Positions 24,686 through 36,072 of a DNA stretch of 64,000 nucleotides are shown here, piece by piece (positions within the stretch are counted from its first letter, which is position 1; each line of letters starts with the position of its first letter). Location: positions 42,098,001-42,162,000 of the forward strand of contig NC_045138.2 in the NCBI RefSeq assembly GCF_008831285.2, in the 5' to 3' direction. The notes under the pieces are model-generated. The model saw only the letters and a list, made by a program, of their open reading frames with translations. It was not told the DNA's origin and ran no database searches. The position numbers and the translations under genes were made by a program. Source of the stretch: Nymphaea colorata (Eukaryota).

Positions 24686-27182
24686 AATTTCTTCATGCCA
24701 TTTCTAATGAGAGCCTCTAAATACCCACGTAGAATATGGCATTGCTGAAATTCACGTATAAACAACATAACCATGTCCCACAACAAGACATTAATAATAC
24801 AAAACACAACTAAAATCTTCTTTATCAACTCATCCTCCTTATAGTTCAGAACATTTCAAAAGCTAATAAGTCAAATAGGGGCAGCCTATAATCGATTGGA
24901 CAACTTAGCCACTTGAACATACAAGCACCATCTAAAACTCCAGAACAAATTGTAGAAACAGTAACAAATGCAAGATTCACCGAGCAACTAGAAAATGTTA
25001 AAAGAAAAATTAATGAAGTTACTATCTGAGATTCATCATATATCCCATAACTAAAATCACCATATGATCTGAAATTCATCATATATTCTGTAACTGAATT
25101 CACCATAAGTACTAAAAACATTTTATGAAAAGCACAGTGAACATGACATATTCAATCTCTACTCTTTGCATCCATTTCTTCTACACCATGGATTAAGTTC
25201 CCCTCTTTTGTAGCAAAGTTTCTAAAAAAGATTCTAGAATGTTTTTGGTGTATAATGAGGCACCATTAGAAAGATGGAAAAAGATGTTACCATTGAAACC
25301 TGTTTCACCTATTCTTCAGGATAAAATATTTTCACTTATACAATTCAATCTTTCTTAAAACTAAACAGTAACAACAATTAGAAGTAAAGAAGAATAAGAG
25401 GTTACATTAGCACCATGATCTTCTCAATCAACCTTCTCATTAGCAATGCCAACCTCTTTTCCCCACTCTGTACTCATCCGCAACTCCCACCTAGAGGTTT
25501 GATGGGCTATGGGGGGCAAAATATAAGAGAATGATGGCTAAAAAGCAATTGAAGATGTTACCACGGTGAAAGCCAAAGGTGAAGATGTTATTTGGTCAAT
25601 TCTAGCTGATAACAGTATTGACATAGTTCATCAGGTTCATATATCATTAACTTTTTGAAATCTCTCATGAAATTAACTAGTTCATGAGTAAGTAGGATGG
25701 TATAACATTCAGGTTTATATCTATGTCATTTGCCAATAGAAATGGAAAGACATGGACCTCACAAAGTTGGCAAATTACTTGCTAAAAGAAGATAAAACCT
25801 TCATCATTTGCAATCTATCCTCCTCCACAACAAAACAAACTAACTACATTAACTTTGGTACTCTAGAACAACAAAGATGTCTCACTATGTGTCTATAACT
25901 TCATAGAGGTGTATGGTGTGAGGGTGCATAGACTAGCATGAGAGCTTCTAAAACATAAATGATTCCTCTTGGTAGAAGGTTTTTCTATAAAACAACTTTA
26001 CAAGCACAAAAAAAACAGCTTTTTAAGATGGTTATTCTAAATAAACTTCACACACAAAAAAAGATTAGAAAAAGATAAAGAACCTCATAATATGGCAAAA
26101 CAACAAAAGAACAGAAACTCTTCTATTGTTTATGCAATTTTTAACTAGCTTGCAAAGTTGGGCTCCAAATATTCCTCAAGCAATTGAAAATGTTGTTTGA
26201 ATTTTTCCTAATACTAAGCTTTCAGAAAGTACAAAATCAAACATCAACTGTACCTAAAACTCATCTAAATAGACAAAGATAGGTAGAAAAAAATGTAAAA
26301 AATTAAATAATTTTATAAACATAATACTCTATGCATTGTAGTTGTAAAATATGGACCTAAACTACAATAAAACACTTAATTACTTGATAAACAGCTTTTC
26401 TTTCCTAGAGAAATAAACTTGACGACAAGAAAAACTAGTTTCACAACTACAGAAATGTAACTTTGTAGAGCAGAAAACAAGTCCTGTTATTTGATTGACA
26501 AATCTCAAAATATGACTCAAATCTAGTTGAATTTGAACCATGGTTATTGGATCTAATCCGAATACAACTTACTAAAACTCATATTTTCTACATTAAAGGA
26601 AGGGTCTAATTAATGGAACAAGGTCTAGGTTTCCACAAAATAGGTTTTGTCAAGGTCTACAATAAAAATGAGCTTTGACCCCCTAATTTAATTAAAATGA
26701 AACTCTAGACATCATAGCAAAATATCCTTAACTGCCATACTAAAAAAACCAATGTAAAATAAGTACCAAAAAATATAGGAATACTAAAGAGAATTAAATT
26801 TGAAGTTGAATATGCAGATCTAACCTATCTTAGAATAGGTTTTATCTTCAAAGGGAGCCTCCTCCTGGCGTAGAATAAAGAACTAGCTACATAGCAATTA
26901 AAATTAGAGGATTTTGTATCCGATGGAATCCTACTACAATATTTCCTAAAGAAAGGCAACAAATAATTTGACCTTGCAAAATTTGGAAAACATAGACTCT
27001 TCCAATGCCTTTATAACCATTCACAAAGGAAAAAATGAGCATGAAAGATTAGTTTTCCTCAAAATATTGTTAATATAAGGTGAGGAAATCTCCATCTACA
27101 CTAAGGAAGCCTCATTTGTGATAAGTCTGATGTTTCTGACAAGAAACCCTTAGACTTCTCATAATTCTCTTTAGAAAAGGTA

Positions 27183-27256
27183 CAAAATGATTCTTGATTT
27201 CCTTGGTTCAGTCCGTAGTCAAAATGATTCTCGATTTCCTTGGTTCAGTCCGTAGT
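27183..27256 (+). repeat. 37-bp tandem duplication
   Basis: caaaatgattctYgatttccttggttcagtccgtagt twice. Confidence 0.9.
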
Positions 27257-27499
27257 CTAACATTTTCACTAAGGGTGCAAGCAGATGATTTATGGTAGGG
27301 GATTCATGAACAAATTAACCATGCACATGAAGGTATGGTACTTATACTCATATATTGTGAGGATATCATATACTTCTCCACCAGTGTGGGTAGGTTACAG
27401 TTTTTTTTTCAGTGTTTGTTACTGTGAGTTTTAGAAAACTACTTCTAGCTTTTCATGGGTTTCTTTTGGGGATCCATTTACCTTCTCCTCATAATGAAC

Positions 27500-30300
27500 T
27501 TCTCACATGTTGAAATGATTTTTGTTTTTGTTAATTAAGGTCAAGGGCTTACCCTCGAGCTGGTATTTACCATATGTGCATTTACATTGAAGATATTAGA
27601 TTGAAAACAATATATCCAAGAGCTACAAGGCATTTGGTCCCAAATTATACTAGCATGTAAATGAGGTTTAGATAAATCTTTTGAAAAAAATAATTTGGAT
27701 CTAGATCCAAATGAAAGATTGAAGCCTAGGGATCCATATCCTAGGGTTGGTTTCTCACTCTTCCCTTTAATATTTTCCAGTATCTTCAAGATATAATGCT
27801 GCCCCCCTCTTGTATTTTCTTTTTGTCTCCATCCCTCTTCTCCCTTCATCTCTCCTTCTCTCTTCAATCTCAAATATGCATCTCCTTAGAATTTTTTTTC
27901 TCATTTAGACTAGAGAAGCTATACAAGGGCACTCTCCTTCTCCTCTTATAGATATCCCAAATTTTAACAAGCAAAAATGATCAATTTTACTCCTCACAAA
28001 GAGAATTTTGAAATGTTTTTTCTAAAGAGTTTCAAATTTAGGGTCCATGAAATACACCAAATCAAGTCATGTTGCTTTATACCATCACCCAGTCACCCAG
28101 GTTGTTGCCACCTAGAAAATTATCATTTTGTCCCTAATCACCCCATTTTGTCCCATTTCTTCCAATTTTCCAAGTGTAGTCATGGAAATCCTAAGAATTG
28201 TTTTACCCAAGATCAATATGGGCTGTTTTCATCTCTACAAATCTACATGGACTCTCAAAACAGGTTTACCAACTTATATTTGGTTAGAAATAGTAAAAAA
28301 ATTGCTCATTTTTCTAGTTTTTTTATAATTCTTCATCATGAAAAGACATGTGGACTAGATAAAACCTACGATATGTTCTCTCTAGTGTCAACAAGGTATT
28401 TATAATTTCATTTCCAGCCTCTAAGCTCAAATTTTTCAGTGTTAAGAGTGACGATAGGCTATGATCTGATTTTCCCATTTTCATATATCTGACTGTTTCT
28501 ATCAAACTCGAGCAAGTCAAACTCAATTGAGCTAGGATCATATTCTTCAATGCTAGATCTGACTATTGTTAACTTCATTTTAAACAATTTTATCTAAAAT
28601 TGAGCATAATTGCAATTTTTCAGTCACTCTTTGAGTGTTTGTGTCTGGACACTGTCACTAGTAACTTCTGAACTAATTTCTGAGAGATCTGGGAGGTGAA
28701 TTTCCAATTTAAGCATGTTGATGTATTTAATGTTACTTGAAAAGAATATGAGTGTATTAATTTCTCACAAATAAGGTTAATATCTTTGTTTTTCATTTTA
28801 CCTTCCATATTTTCATTTATGGGACTAATTTCAGCTGGGTCAATTTTGAAAAATATGTTTTTTCAAGGGAAAATTGAGGAATTTTCAAGTCAAACTTGAC
28901 AGTACCTAGGACTAAGTCTAACCCACGTCTCAATGTGGTCAAACTGCCTACCCAGCTCAATAAAAACCAGTTTTGAACTAGGGTCAAAATTATCAATTAT
29001 ATATGAATGCATTAGCTTTTGTATAAACTTAAGTTTAGAGTTACATAAACCAAACCTTACACATTTCTGTGCTAGCCTGAGCCCAACAAGGCTTACGCAG
29101 GGTTTGAGCCAGCCTAGAATTGAATTCAACTAGGTTCAAACATAGCTAAACTTGTTTGACCATAACAGAAACCAATAAAACCCAAGGCTAGTTTGACCTG
29201 CGTCCAGCTGAGTCAAGAGCTAAATCAAGCCCATGTCCACCTCTTGAACACTGAGTTTGAGCCCGCAAAACCCACACCGAGCCTAGTTGGGATGCCCAGG
29301 CATAGATCCTTAATTCAGATCGTGGAATCAAAATTAATATCTATAACATGCTCTGATTCAAAATCAAATCTTAGTTTTAGATCTCTAAATCTAAATTTCT
29401 CAATTAGATCTTGATGTAGACTTTTGATCCAAGTCTTATCTTTATTCAAACCTCAATCAAAATATCTCACAACCCAAGGCTTAGATCCAAATTCACTATA
29501 AGTTGACACATGTCATGATTCGATTGGATCCTCCACTCTCAAGGACACATATCACAATTCTACTAAATCGCCTACTCTCCAAGGATATTGTCACAATCCA
29601 AAGAGTCCACAAGATTTGGGACTTCTCCATTATTAGATTTTTTACACTTGCCCAGAACCTAGAGAATCATTTGCATTTGAAACTCTCTAATTCTCTATAA
29701 ATAGAGCAATCATAAAGGGAGATGCCTGCCTATATAATATCTCTCTATCCCCTGGAGTCTGTGCAAATCTTGGAAGGATCCTCCATTGCTACACATGTCC
29801 AAGCCAAGCAAGGATGAGGAGGAGAAGGAGAAGAAGAAGAAGAAAGTCGAGGTAATATTTTTCTCTTTCTCTTTCATTTTGTACATGTGTGGTTCATGTT
29901 ATTTCTCTTCATATTTAACATAAACTTGTTTAAATTAATGGTTTGCAAACTTTAGGTCATGACATTTGGGATTTTTACATGCTTTTTAGTTTTAGAAATG
30001 TATCTTCTTGAGTTCATGCAAAATTCAGGACTGCAGATATTTTAGAATTTTGCGCAACTTTGAGAATTTCTATCTCTCTAACCAGAAATTATTTTAACAA
30101 TCCATAAAATGGATGTGTTATTCCTATGTGTCTAGTTTGTTTTCTCTAAATTTAATCAGATTATAAGCTCATTTTCCCAACATTTGATTATTTTCCTAAA
30201 ATCTGATTTCTGCAACTTTCAAACTGCAAAATCAAATTATATGCTCATTTTGTTATAATTTTGACCTTTTCTATCACGGGTAGACAAAACCTACACTTGT
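27500..30300. mobile_element. Probable degenerate TE promoter/leader fragments in back-to-back orientation
   Basis: Minus strand: ctataagagg (~27950), purine-rich leader, gag|gtaagc donor (~27551). Plus strand: ctctataaatagag (~29693), GAA-rich leader, gag|gtaata donor (~29851). No ORF follows either. Confidence 0.3.
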
Positions 30301-31197
30301 ATGTCATCAAATCCTGTTGCATTGGTCAATGGTGTGATGGTATGTTCTTTGATAATAATTATGAACTATAACAAGGTAGTATCCACCCTCGCTCCTGTTT
30401 ATTGTGGATATGGAGATGCTTTCTTGCCAATGAAAGCTGCTTCCATATCACAACATATATTCATACCTAAATTCCTATATAATAACTCTATATGCCAAAT
30501 ATTTTTTTTGCAGGTGATATAATCCTGATAAATAAAGCAAAAAAGTATAGATTGAAATGCTTGCAAAATGTTTTGCAAAGATTTTGACAATAGACATGAA
30601 AATCAATCTTGGCAAGTGCTGTGCAACAATTTTCAGGCTGCAACCAAATGAACATGAAAAATATTCAGGTTTGTTGTTTAAAAAGTGGAACCCCTTAGTA
30701 TTTAGTTCTTTCTCTGTTTAATGAGAATGACAACTAACAAGATGGCAAATTGAATCTCAAAAAAGTACATGGTTGGACATCAAAACTCATTTGCAAGCAA
30801 GAATTTTTGAGTCAGTTTGGTCCTCTTTCAAATGTTTGACTTGGGTCAAGTCCTTCTACATTTTAAGCTTGGTGATCAATTACATGGGCAAAATTATGTT
30901 AGGATTCATATGGGGAGAGAGGAATGAAAGTCACCACCCTCACAAATGAAATGAGACTCCTCTATGTTCTCCCTAGATTGAAGGAGCATTGGCATTTGGA
31001 ACCTTACCACTCTTACATTGATGTCTTTATGGAAATTGAGGAAGAATGAGCTGCTCCCATTTTTCAATTTTGAGGGGAGACAATTACATGGGACATACTA
31101 GTATGTAAATTGGCAAAAACTATCCAAACACACTTGGTCGTATGAGTATCTAATTTGCATATGAGAAGGAGTCAACTATAATATTTCTTAGAATATT

Positions 31198-32600
31198 GAG
31201 GGCATTTGGATGACGTCTTAAAGTTGTGTTTTGGAGGTGTTTGGTCAACACTACAAGCTGGGTTCATGAAAACCTAGTTTCTAGAACATGTCATTTACTG
31301 AAGGTGATGAAAGAACCTAGACCCTTTCATGCCAAAACGATGTTTTGGTAATGACAATTTCTCTTTCTTTTTATGTTCCCCTTTGTAAGGCCTCTTCATT
31401 TCAGCCATAAGTAGGTGAGCAATATTTTTCTTTTATTTTCTTCTCAACATTTTATAGGGTGCATCGTTTTGTGCATCAGATATGAAAAACCTTACTTCTT
31501 GTCAAAAGTTTCATCAAGACTCTTTTGGGGAACAAGTGAGATTTGAATGGTTAATAAAACTGGTCCATTGGCAAGGAACATCCAAATTGAATGGATCTAC
31601 AAGAATCTCGCGGATAAGATTTTGACACCCAGAATTTACCAAAACACCTACTGAAAAGAGAAAAGCTTCGGTTTCACCACTGAAACCTTTGTTGTACAAC
31701 GCCATGAATTGGATCATTTTAGTGGGACTGGCCGCAATAGGAAAGCAACTCCCTTTATGCCTTTATGTGCATATGATGACGATGCTTCAAACTACGCTAG
31801 AGAGGGAAAACATCATTGAATTCATTGAGAATTAAAATTATAAATAAAAGCTGACTTGGCCTTCTACTTCCATCATTTTGATTTTGTTCTTTCTTATTCA
31901 TTTGCATGTTACCTATGAACTGATTTAAGGTTTTCCCTATTGTTATAGTTTGTAACATTTGTGCTTTGCCTTTTTTTCTTGCAGATGATACTTTTTGAAC
32001 TTTCTTTCTTTATATTGCATTTGCTAAACTTGCAATTAACCAAACATTTTATTTCATCTTCCCTTCAATATTAGTGTGGTTTGTGGCAGTAATAATTTGT
32101 CTTATAGCTTTTGAAGCACCTCTCTTTTATGGACTGTATAGTGTACATAAAGTGCCATATATAAGGAATTGTCTTGCTTTATTTTGACTAATTTTGTTTG
32201 AATTGTAGGACTAATTTATTTTTGCTTTATAGAAAAGGCATCATATATTTACCAACATCTGAAGCCCTTATAGAACAATTATTAAAAATTGATATGCAAT
32301 TTATCAAATAGAAGTACCTAAGAACTTGGCGAAGTTTTTACAAATATAGTTGTTTGGCTTTATTAGCTTGTTGTGTTTGGACAGTTGTTTCGAGTCTGGA
32401 GTTTTTTCTTGCATTGGCTGAAATATGATTTTAGAAACACTCTCAGAACCCAGTATTGTCATTTAAACAAAAACCAAGTTTTTAAAGTGAAAACCATGTT
32501 TCGAACTTGTCATCTAAACGCAAAAACCAAGTTCTTAAAGTGAAAAACATGTTTCGAACTTGTCATCTAAACTCGAAAACCAAGTTTTAAAAATAGGTCA
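31198..32600 (+). mobile_element. Degenerate PIF/Harbinger-like element with possible Myb/SANT ORF remnant and ~52-bp tandem repeats at the right end
   Basis: gggcatttggatgac at 31200; gtcatYtaaac-containing repeats 32456-32590; FIKTLL-EQVR...WIYKNLADKILT at ~31510-31630. Confidence 0.4.
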
Positions 32601-33349
32601 ACAACCAGCCAACTATTATGAAGTGCCAGTAAAATACTACCTTAGCATATTATCAAGTTGGAATCATCTCCTTCTGGATCCGACAAGTTTTTCTGTAAGA
32701 AATAGAGAGAGAGAGATAATAAAGACCTTGTAAGTCATTCTTTATAGTTGTCCAAGGAAAACCTTTTTTTTTTGCTCAACTATTTTCTGTGTGTTTTAAT
32801 AGTCTCTTCTGCATCTAAGAGATAGACTTATTAAGAGAGTGGGTTGATAGAGTTGAACATAGCTTTGTTACGCAAATATGATCCAAGAATGAACCTAGAA
32901 ACTAGAGAGCATGAAAAGCCAAATGGTGATCTCCCAATATGCTCCTCACAAACTTCCATAGTTAATATCAAATCTTTGATGGAGATGGGTGGATCTCACA
33001 TCAACCATGCAATCTGAATGGGTTACTCTCTGAAGGTCCATGTTGAACTTTGGGTCAATAGGAGCAGCATGAGGATCATAACCAAGGGTGTCAATATGAG
33101 GATGATATTAAAACCTGGAATTGAGATATCTTCAAAACTCAACACCTAAATCAATTTGACTTGGAAGAATTGGCCTTTAATATAGCTTTAAGTGGTTGGT
33201 TTGTTCTGCTAGCCATTTTAACCTAAGTCAATCCCTTAAGAGAGTTAGCTTTATCACTCATATCTGTTGCATCCTTTAAAGTAGACATTTGACATCTGCC
33301 AGCAAAGTGGTTGGTCGATCTACAAGATGAACAATATATAATTTTTTAT

Positions 33350-34550
33350 TCATACCCCCAGTTTCGGGACAGCACCTGCTCATCCTTCCCATTGAAACAC
33401 CTTAACAAAAGGAGAGAAATTCATCGAACTTCAATCTAAACATGCATATCAAAACCTATGTAATCCCTTGAAGTAATATGTCCCCACATATCTAGCTCCA
33501 GTAAAGGAAACGAGGTCAATGAGAACCCCATCATTCCAAAACTTCTGAGGGGGTTATGACAATTTAATCTAGATTCTTAGAAATGACATTCAAGTATGCC
33601 ACCAATTTGCAACTAGAGAGTGATTGGCTACTTTCCACCTAGATAGACTCAAATATATAGCCTATCTTTGCCTCAGTCGATGTGCTAATGAAAAAAGTTC
33701 CTTTTTCAACTGAGGTGAATCACAAGTTGGGCAGGTCATGCCACAAATTCTCCAAAGAATGAAAAATAAAGGATAGTGGAGCTTACAATGACTAGTCCTT
33801 CAGCCAAAGCTGACTCCCATGAGAATAAAGGTCTTTGTCAATTAGAGATAAAAAATCTCTTTCTACCCTTAACTTATTTGGCTTGGAGATGGGAGATGTA
33901 AGCATCGTCGTCCATCTCTTGCCATTCAGCCACTGCTTCCCATGATAGTCGGCCAACTTTTCCACCACCCTTGCACATCTAAGCAACATGATCGACTGCA
34001 TTGACAACTGCCTCCCTGCCATCATTTCATTGGGTTTAGAAAGCAAATTCTCTATACTTCTTTACCCTGCACAAACAAGATATGGTCATTCCTTCTTGCA
34101 AGCTCCATTTTACTAGCCGTCAACTACTCAACATCCATCTAGTTTCTTCATTAGGGAGTTGGATCATAGTTTCCCTTCCTGAATGTTTTGCTAAACAGCA
34201 ATAGGAAGAGGTATCGTTGTCTTCTCCTCTTGGTGCCTGCAACCATTGCCGATTATTTCACTATCAAAGGCCACAACACACTCGTCTAGGAGGGCTGCAA
34301 TTGCTGGTCTTCCCCCTCACACAGAAAACCACACCCTTACCTTGTCCTCCACAAGGAACTGGACTTGGAAGGGGTAGAGCCAGAATTGTTTTTCCATGGG
34401 GCACTAAATGTATAGTTGACAAATTTTGGATTGGCCTTGGGGCAGTGAACCTAGTCTCATGGGGCTGCTCCATGTAACTACACCCAGGCCGATCGAGGTC
34501 TAATATGTAAATTTCAAGTTTCAGATGCCCCACAGAGCCCCCACCTATCT
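33350..34550 (-). mobile_element. L1-type LINE ORF1 (DUF4283-like) remnant
   Basis: Minus translation LENLWHDLPNL*FTSVEKGTFFI, RWKVANHSLVANWW and I*IKLS*PPQKFWNDGVLIDLVSFTG fits the plant LINE ORF1 pattern (W..L..G.F.F, PW..L.L..W, VWI.L..LP..FW). Confidence 0.55.
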
Positions 34551-34813
34551 CCACCCCGGGGCCCGTTTGATTGTCAGGTGAAATTTAACGGGGTAAATTT
34601 ACCATGGTAAATTTTTTTGAAAAAATTTACAGGATGAAATTTCTCCCTCTTCCAATCTAAGGCCCTGTTTGATGCATAGGAAGAATTTAACGTAGTAAAT
34701 TTAACCTTGTTTAATGCACATGGTAGAAAAATGAAGAGACTTTTTCATAACTGTTAAATTTAACACTGAGAATCTTCCAAAACTACAGTAGACTAAAGTT
34801 GTATTAGCTTAAT

Positions 34814-35089
34814 TCCATGACTGCTCCTACCAAGAACTTCTGCAGGAGCTCTCGACAGTTCATCAACAATAAAAATTAATGAACTGTCTAGGAAAAACAA
34901 GTCATCAGATAATCTATCAGATGAGTAAGCATATAGCACCCAATTATCTGAGCTTTGAATAGGAATGGTTCCTGTGAATCTGTTATTAGACAGATCCAAG
35001 CTTCTCATGGACAGTGACATGAAGAAGTAACTCAAAATGGGTCCTGAAAGTTTGTTAAAGCTCAGGTCCATCACAGTTAATTTTGTGTA
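34814..35089 (-). pseudogene. Captured LRR-III receptor-like kinase fragments (SIRK1/At5g10020- or GHR1-like): two LRRs fused directly to the juxtamembrane/kinase start
   Basis: KLTVMDLSFNKLSGPI..FF.S.S.RSLDLSNNRFTGTIP followed by YSSDRLSDDLFFLDSSLIFIVDELSRAPAEVLGRSSHG. Confidence 0.85.
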
Positions 35090-35165
35090 TAATTTTCTAA
35101 AAAAATATGCACGCTTCAAGGAAAAAAACAGGACATCAAAGAATCGCAGGGATTCAAAAAAGAAC

Positions 35166-35281
35166 CTGTAATAGATCATTTTCATATTGTTCTGCAAATT
35201 CTCAGCGTTGAAGATAGACACATCAATATTACCATTTTCCAATTTCTTCTCGAAAGCACCCAATTCATCTCCAATCGCCAA
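35166..35281 (-). pseudogene. EMC6: Captured first coding exon of ER membrane protein complex subunit 6, with its splice donor
   Basis: (L/M)AIGDELGAFEKKLENGNIDVSIFNAENLQNNMKMIYY then AG|GT; FNAENLQNNMK.IYY is the plant EMC6 N-terminal motif; TTG sits where the ATG is expected. Confidence 0.75.
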
Positions 35282-35305
35282 TGCGAGGGTGCTCGTCGAC
35301 TGCGG

Positions 35306-35780
35306 GAGCACCCAATTCAAAGACGCTTCACATGCTCCCAGCTCCAAATTCAGCGGGAGCACCACCAGCTTCCTCGACTCGTCGTTTACTCCATCCCCTA
35401 TTGACCTTCATTCTGTTGTGCCGCTCAAGTCCACTAATTCCCCTTCTTTGTCTCCCATCTCCGATTCTGGCCTCCTCTTTCACTGCAAGCTCCTTTACCT
35501 CGAGAGCCTATGGGTTAACTCCTCAGCGGCCATTGCGAAGAACCCCAATCTCTGGTCTGTGTCCATTGACAGCCTCAGAACCATCGAGTCTTGCTTCCGG
35601 AGTATGGGACTCAGCCGCGATGACATCGGCCGGATCCTCAGCATGCACCCCCAACTCCCAACCTGCGACCTCCGTCGGGACGTCTATCCCGTCTTTGATT
35701 TCCTCCTCAACAAGGTCAGCATCCCATGGCCTCATCTCCGGAAAGCCCTAACCCGATGCCCCAGATTGTTAGTTTCTAGC
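35306..35780 (+). pseudogene. Captured 5' part of an mTERF gene (closest recalled match mTERF1/SOLDAT10-type)
   Basis: Ser-rich leader then SDSGLLF..KLLYLESL.V....A...NPNL...SMGLSRDDIGRILSMHPQL.T.D....YPVFDFLLNKVSIP...RKALTRCPRLLVSS; truncated at 35780. Confidence 0.85.
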
Positions 35781-36008
35781 GAGGGAGCTCGTCGACTGCG
35801 GAGGGAGGAAGACGCGCGGGTGAAATGAATAGAAAGCCTTCGACAGGAGAATGTCGAGCAGGTGAAATTTCACCCGCTCGAAAGTCCGAACTGTGAGCTT
35901 GGACTTTTGAGCGGGTGAAATTTCACCCGCTCACTTTATCGTAAACGGGCCCGTTTGATGGTTTTTGTGTCGGGCGGGTGAAATTTCACCCGCCCGTACG
36001 TATTTCAA

Positions 36009-36072
36009 CCGCTCCACCAATTTTTTCTGGGCAATCAAACCCGCTCCACCAATTTTTTCTGGGCAATCAAAC
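36009..36072 (+). repeat. 32-bp tandem duplication overlapping the right TIR
   Basis: ccgctccaccaattttttctgggcaatcaaac twice. Confidence 0.95.

Noticed and set aside
24690..27180. Possible env-like or other retroelement ORF remnants on the minus strand
   Set aside because: No motif could be recognised with confidence; left unannotated
35283..35365. KdsD/SIS-domain-like peptide (LELGACEASLNWVLPQSTSTLALAIGD)
   Set aside because: It is the antisense of the mTERF leader joined to the EMC6 start; the resemblance is coincidental
35187..35828. Intact mTERF gene
   Set aside because: No ATG before the conserved region, truncated after about two repeats, and enclosed by TIRs
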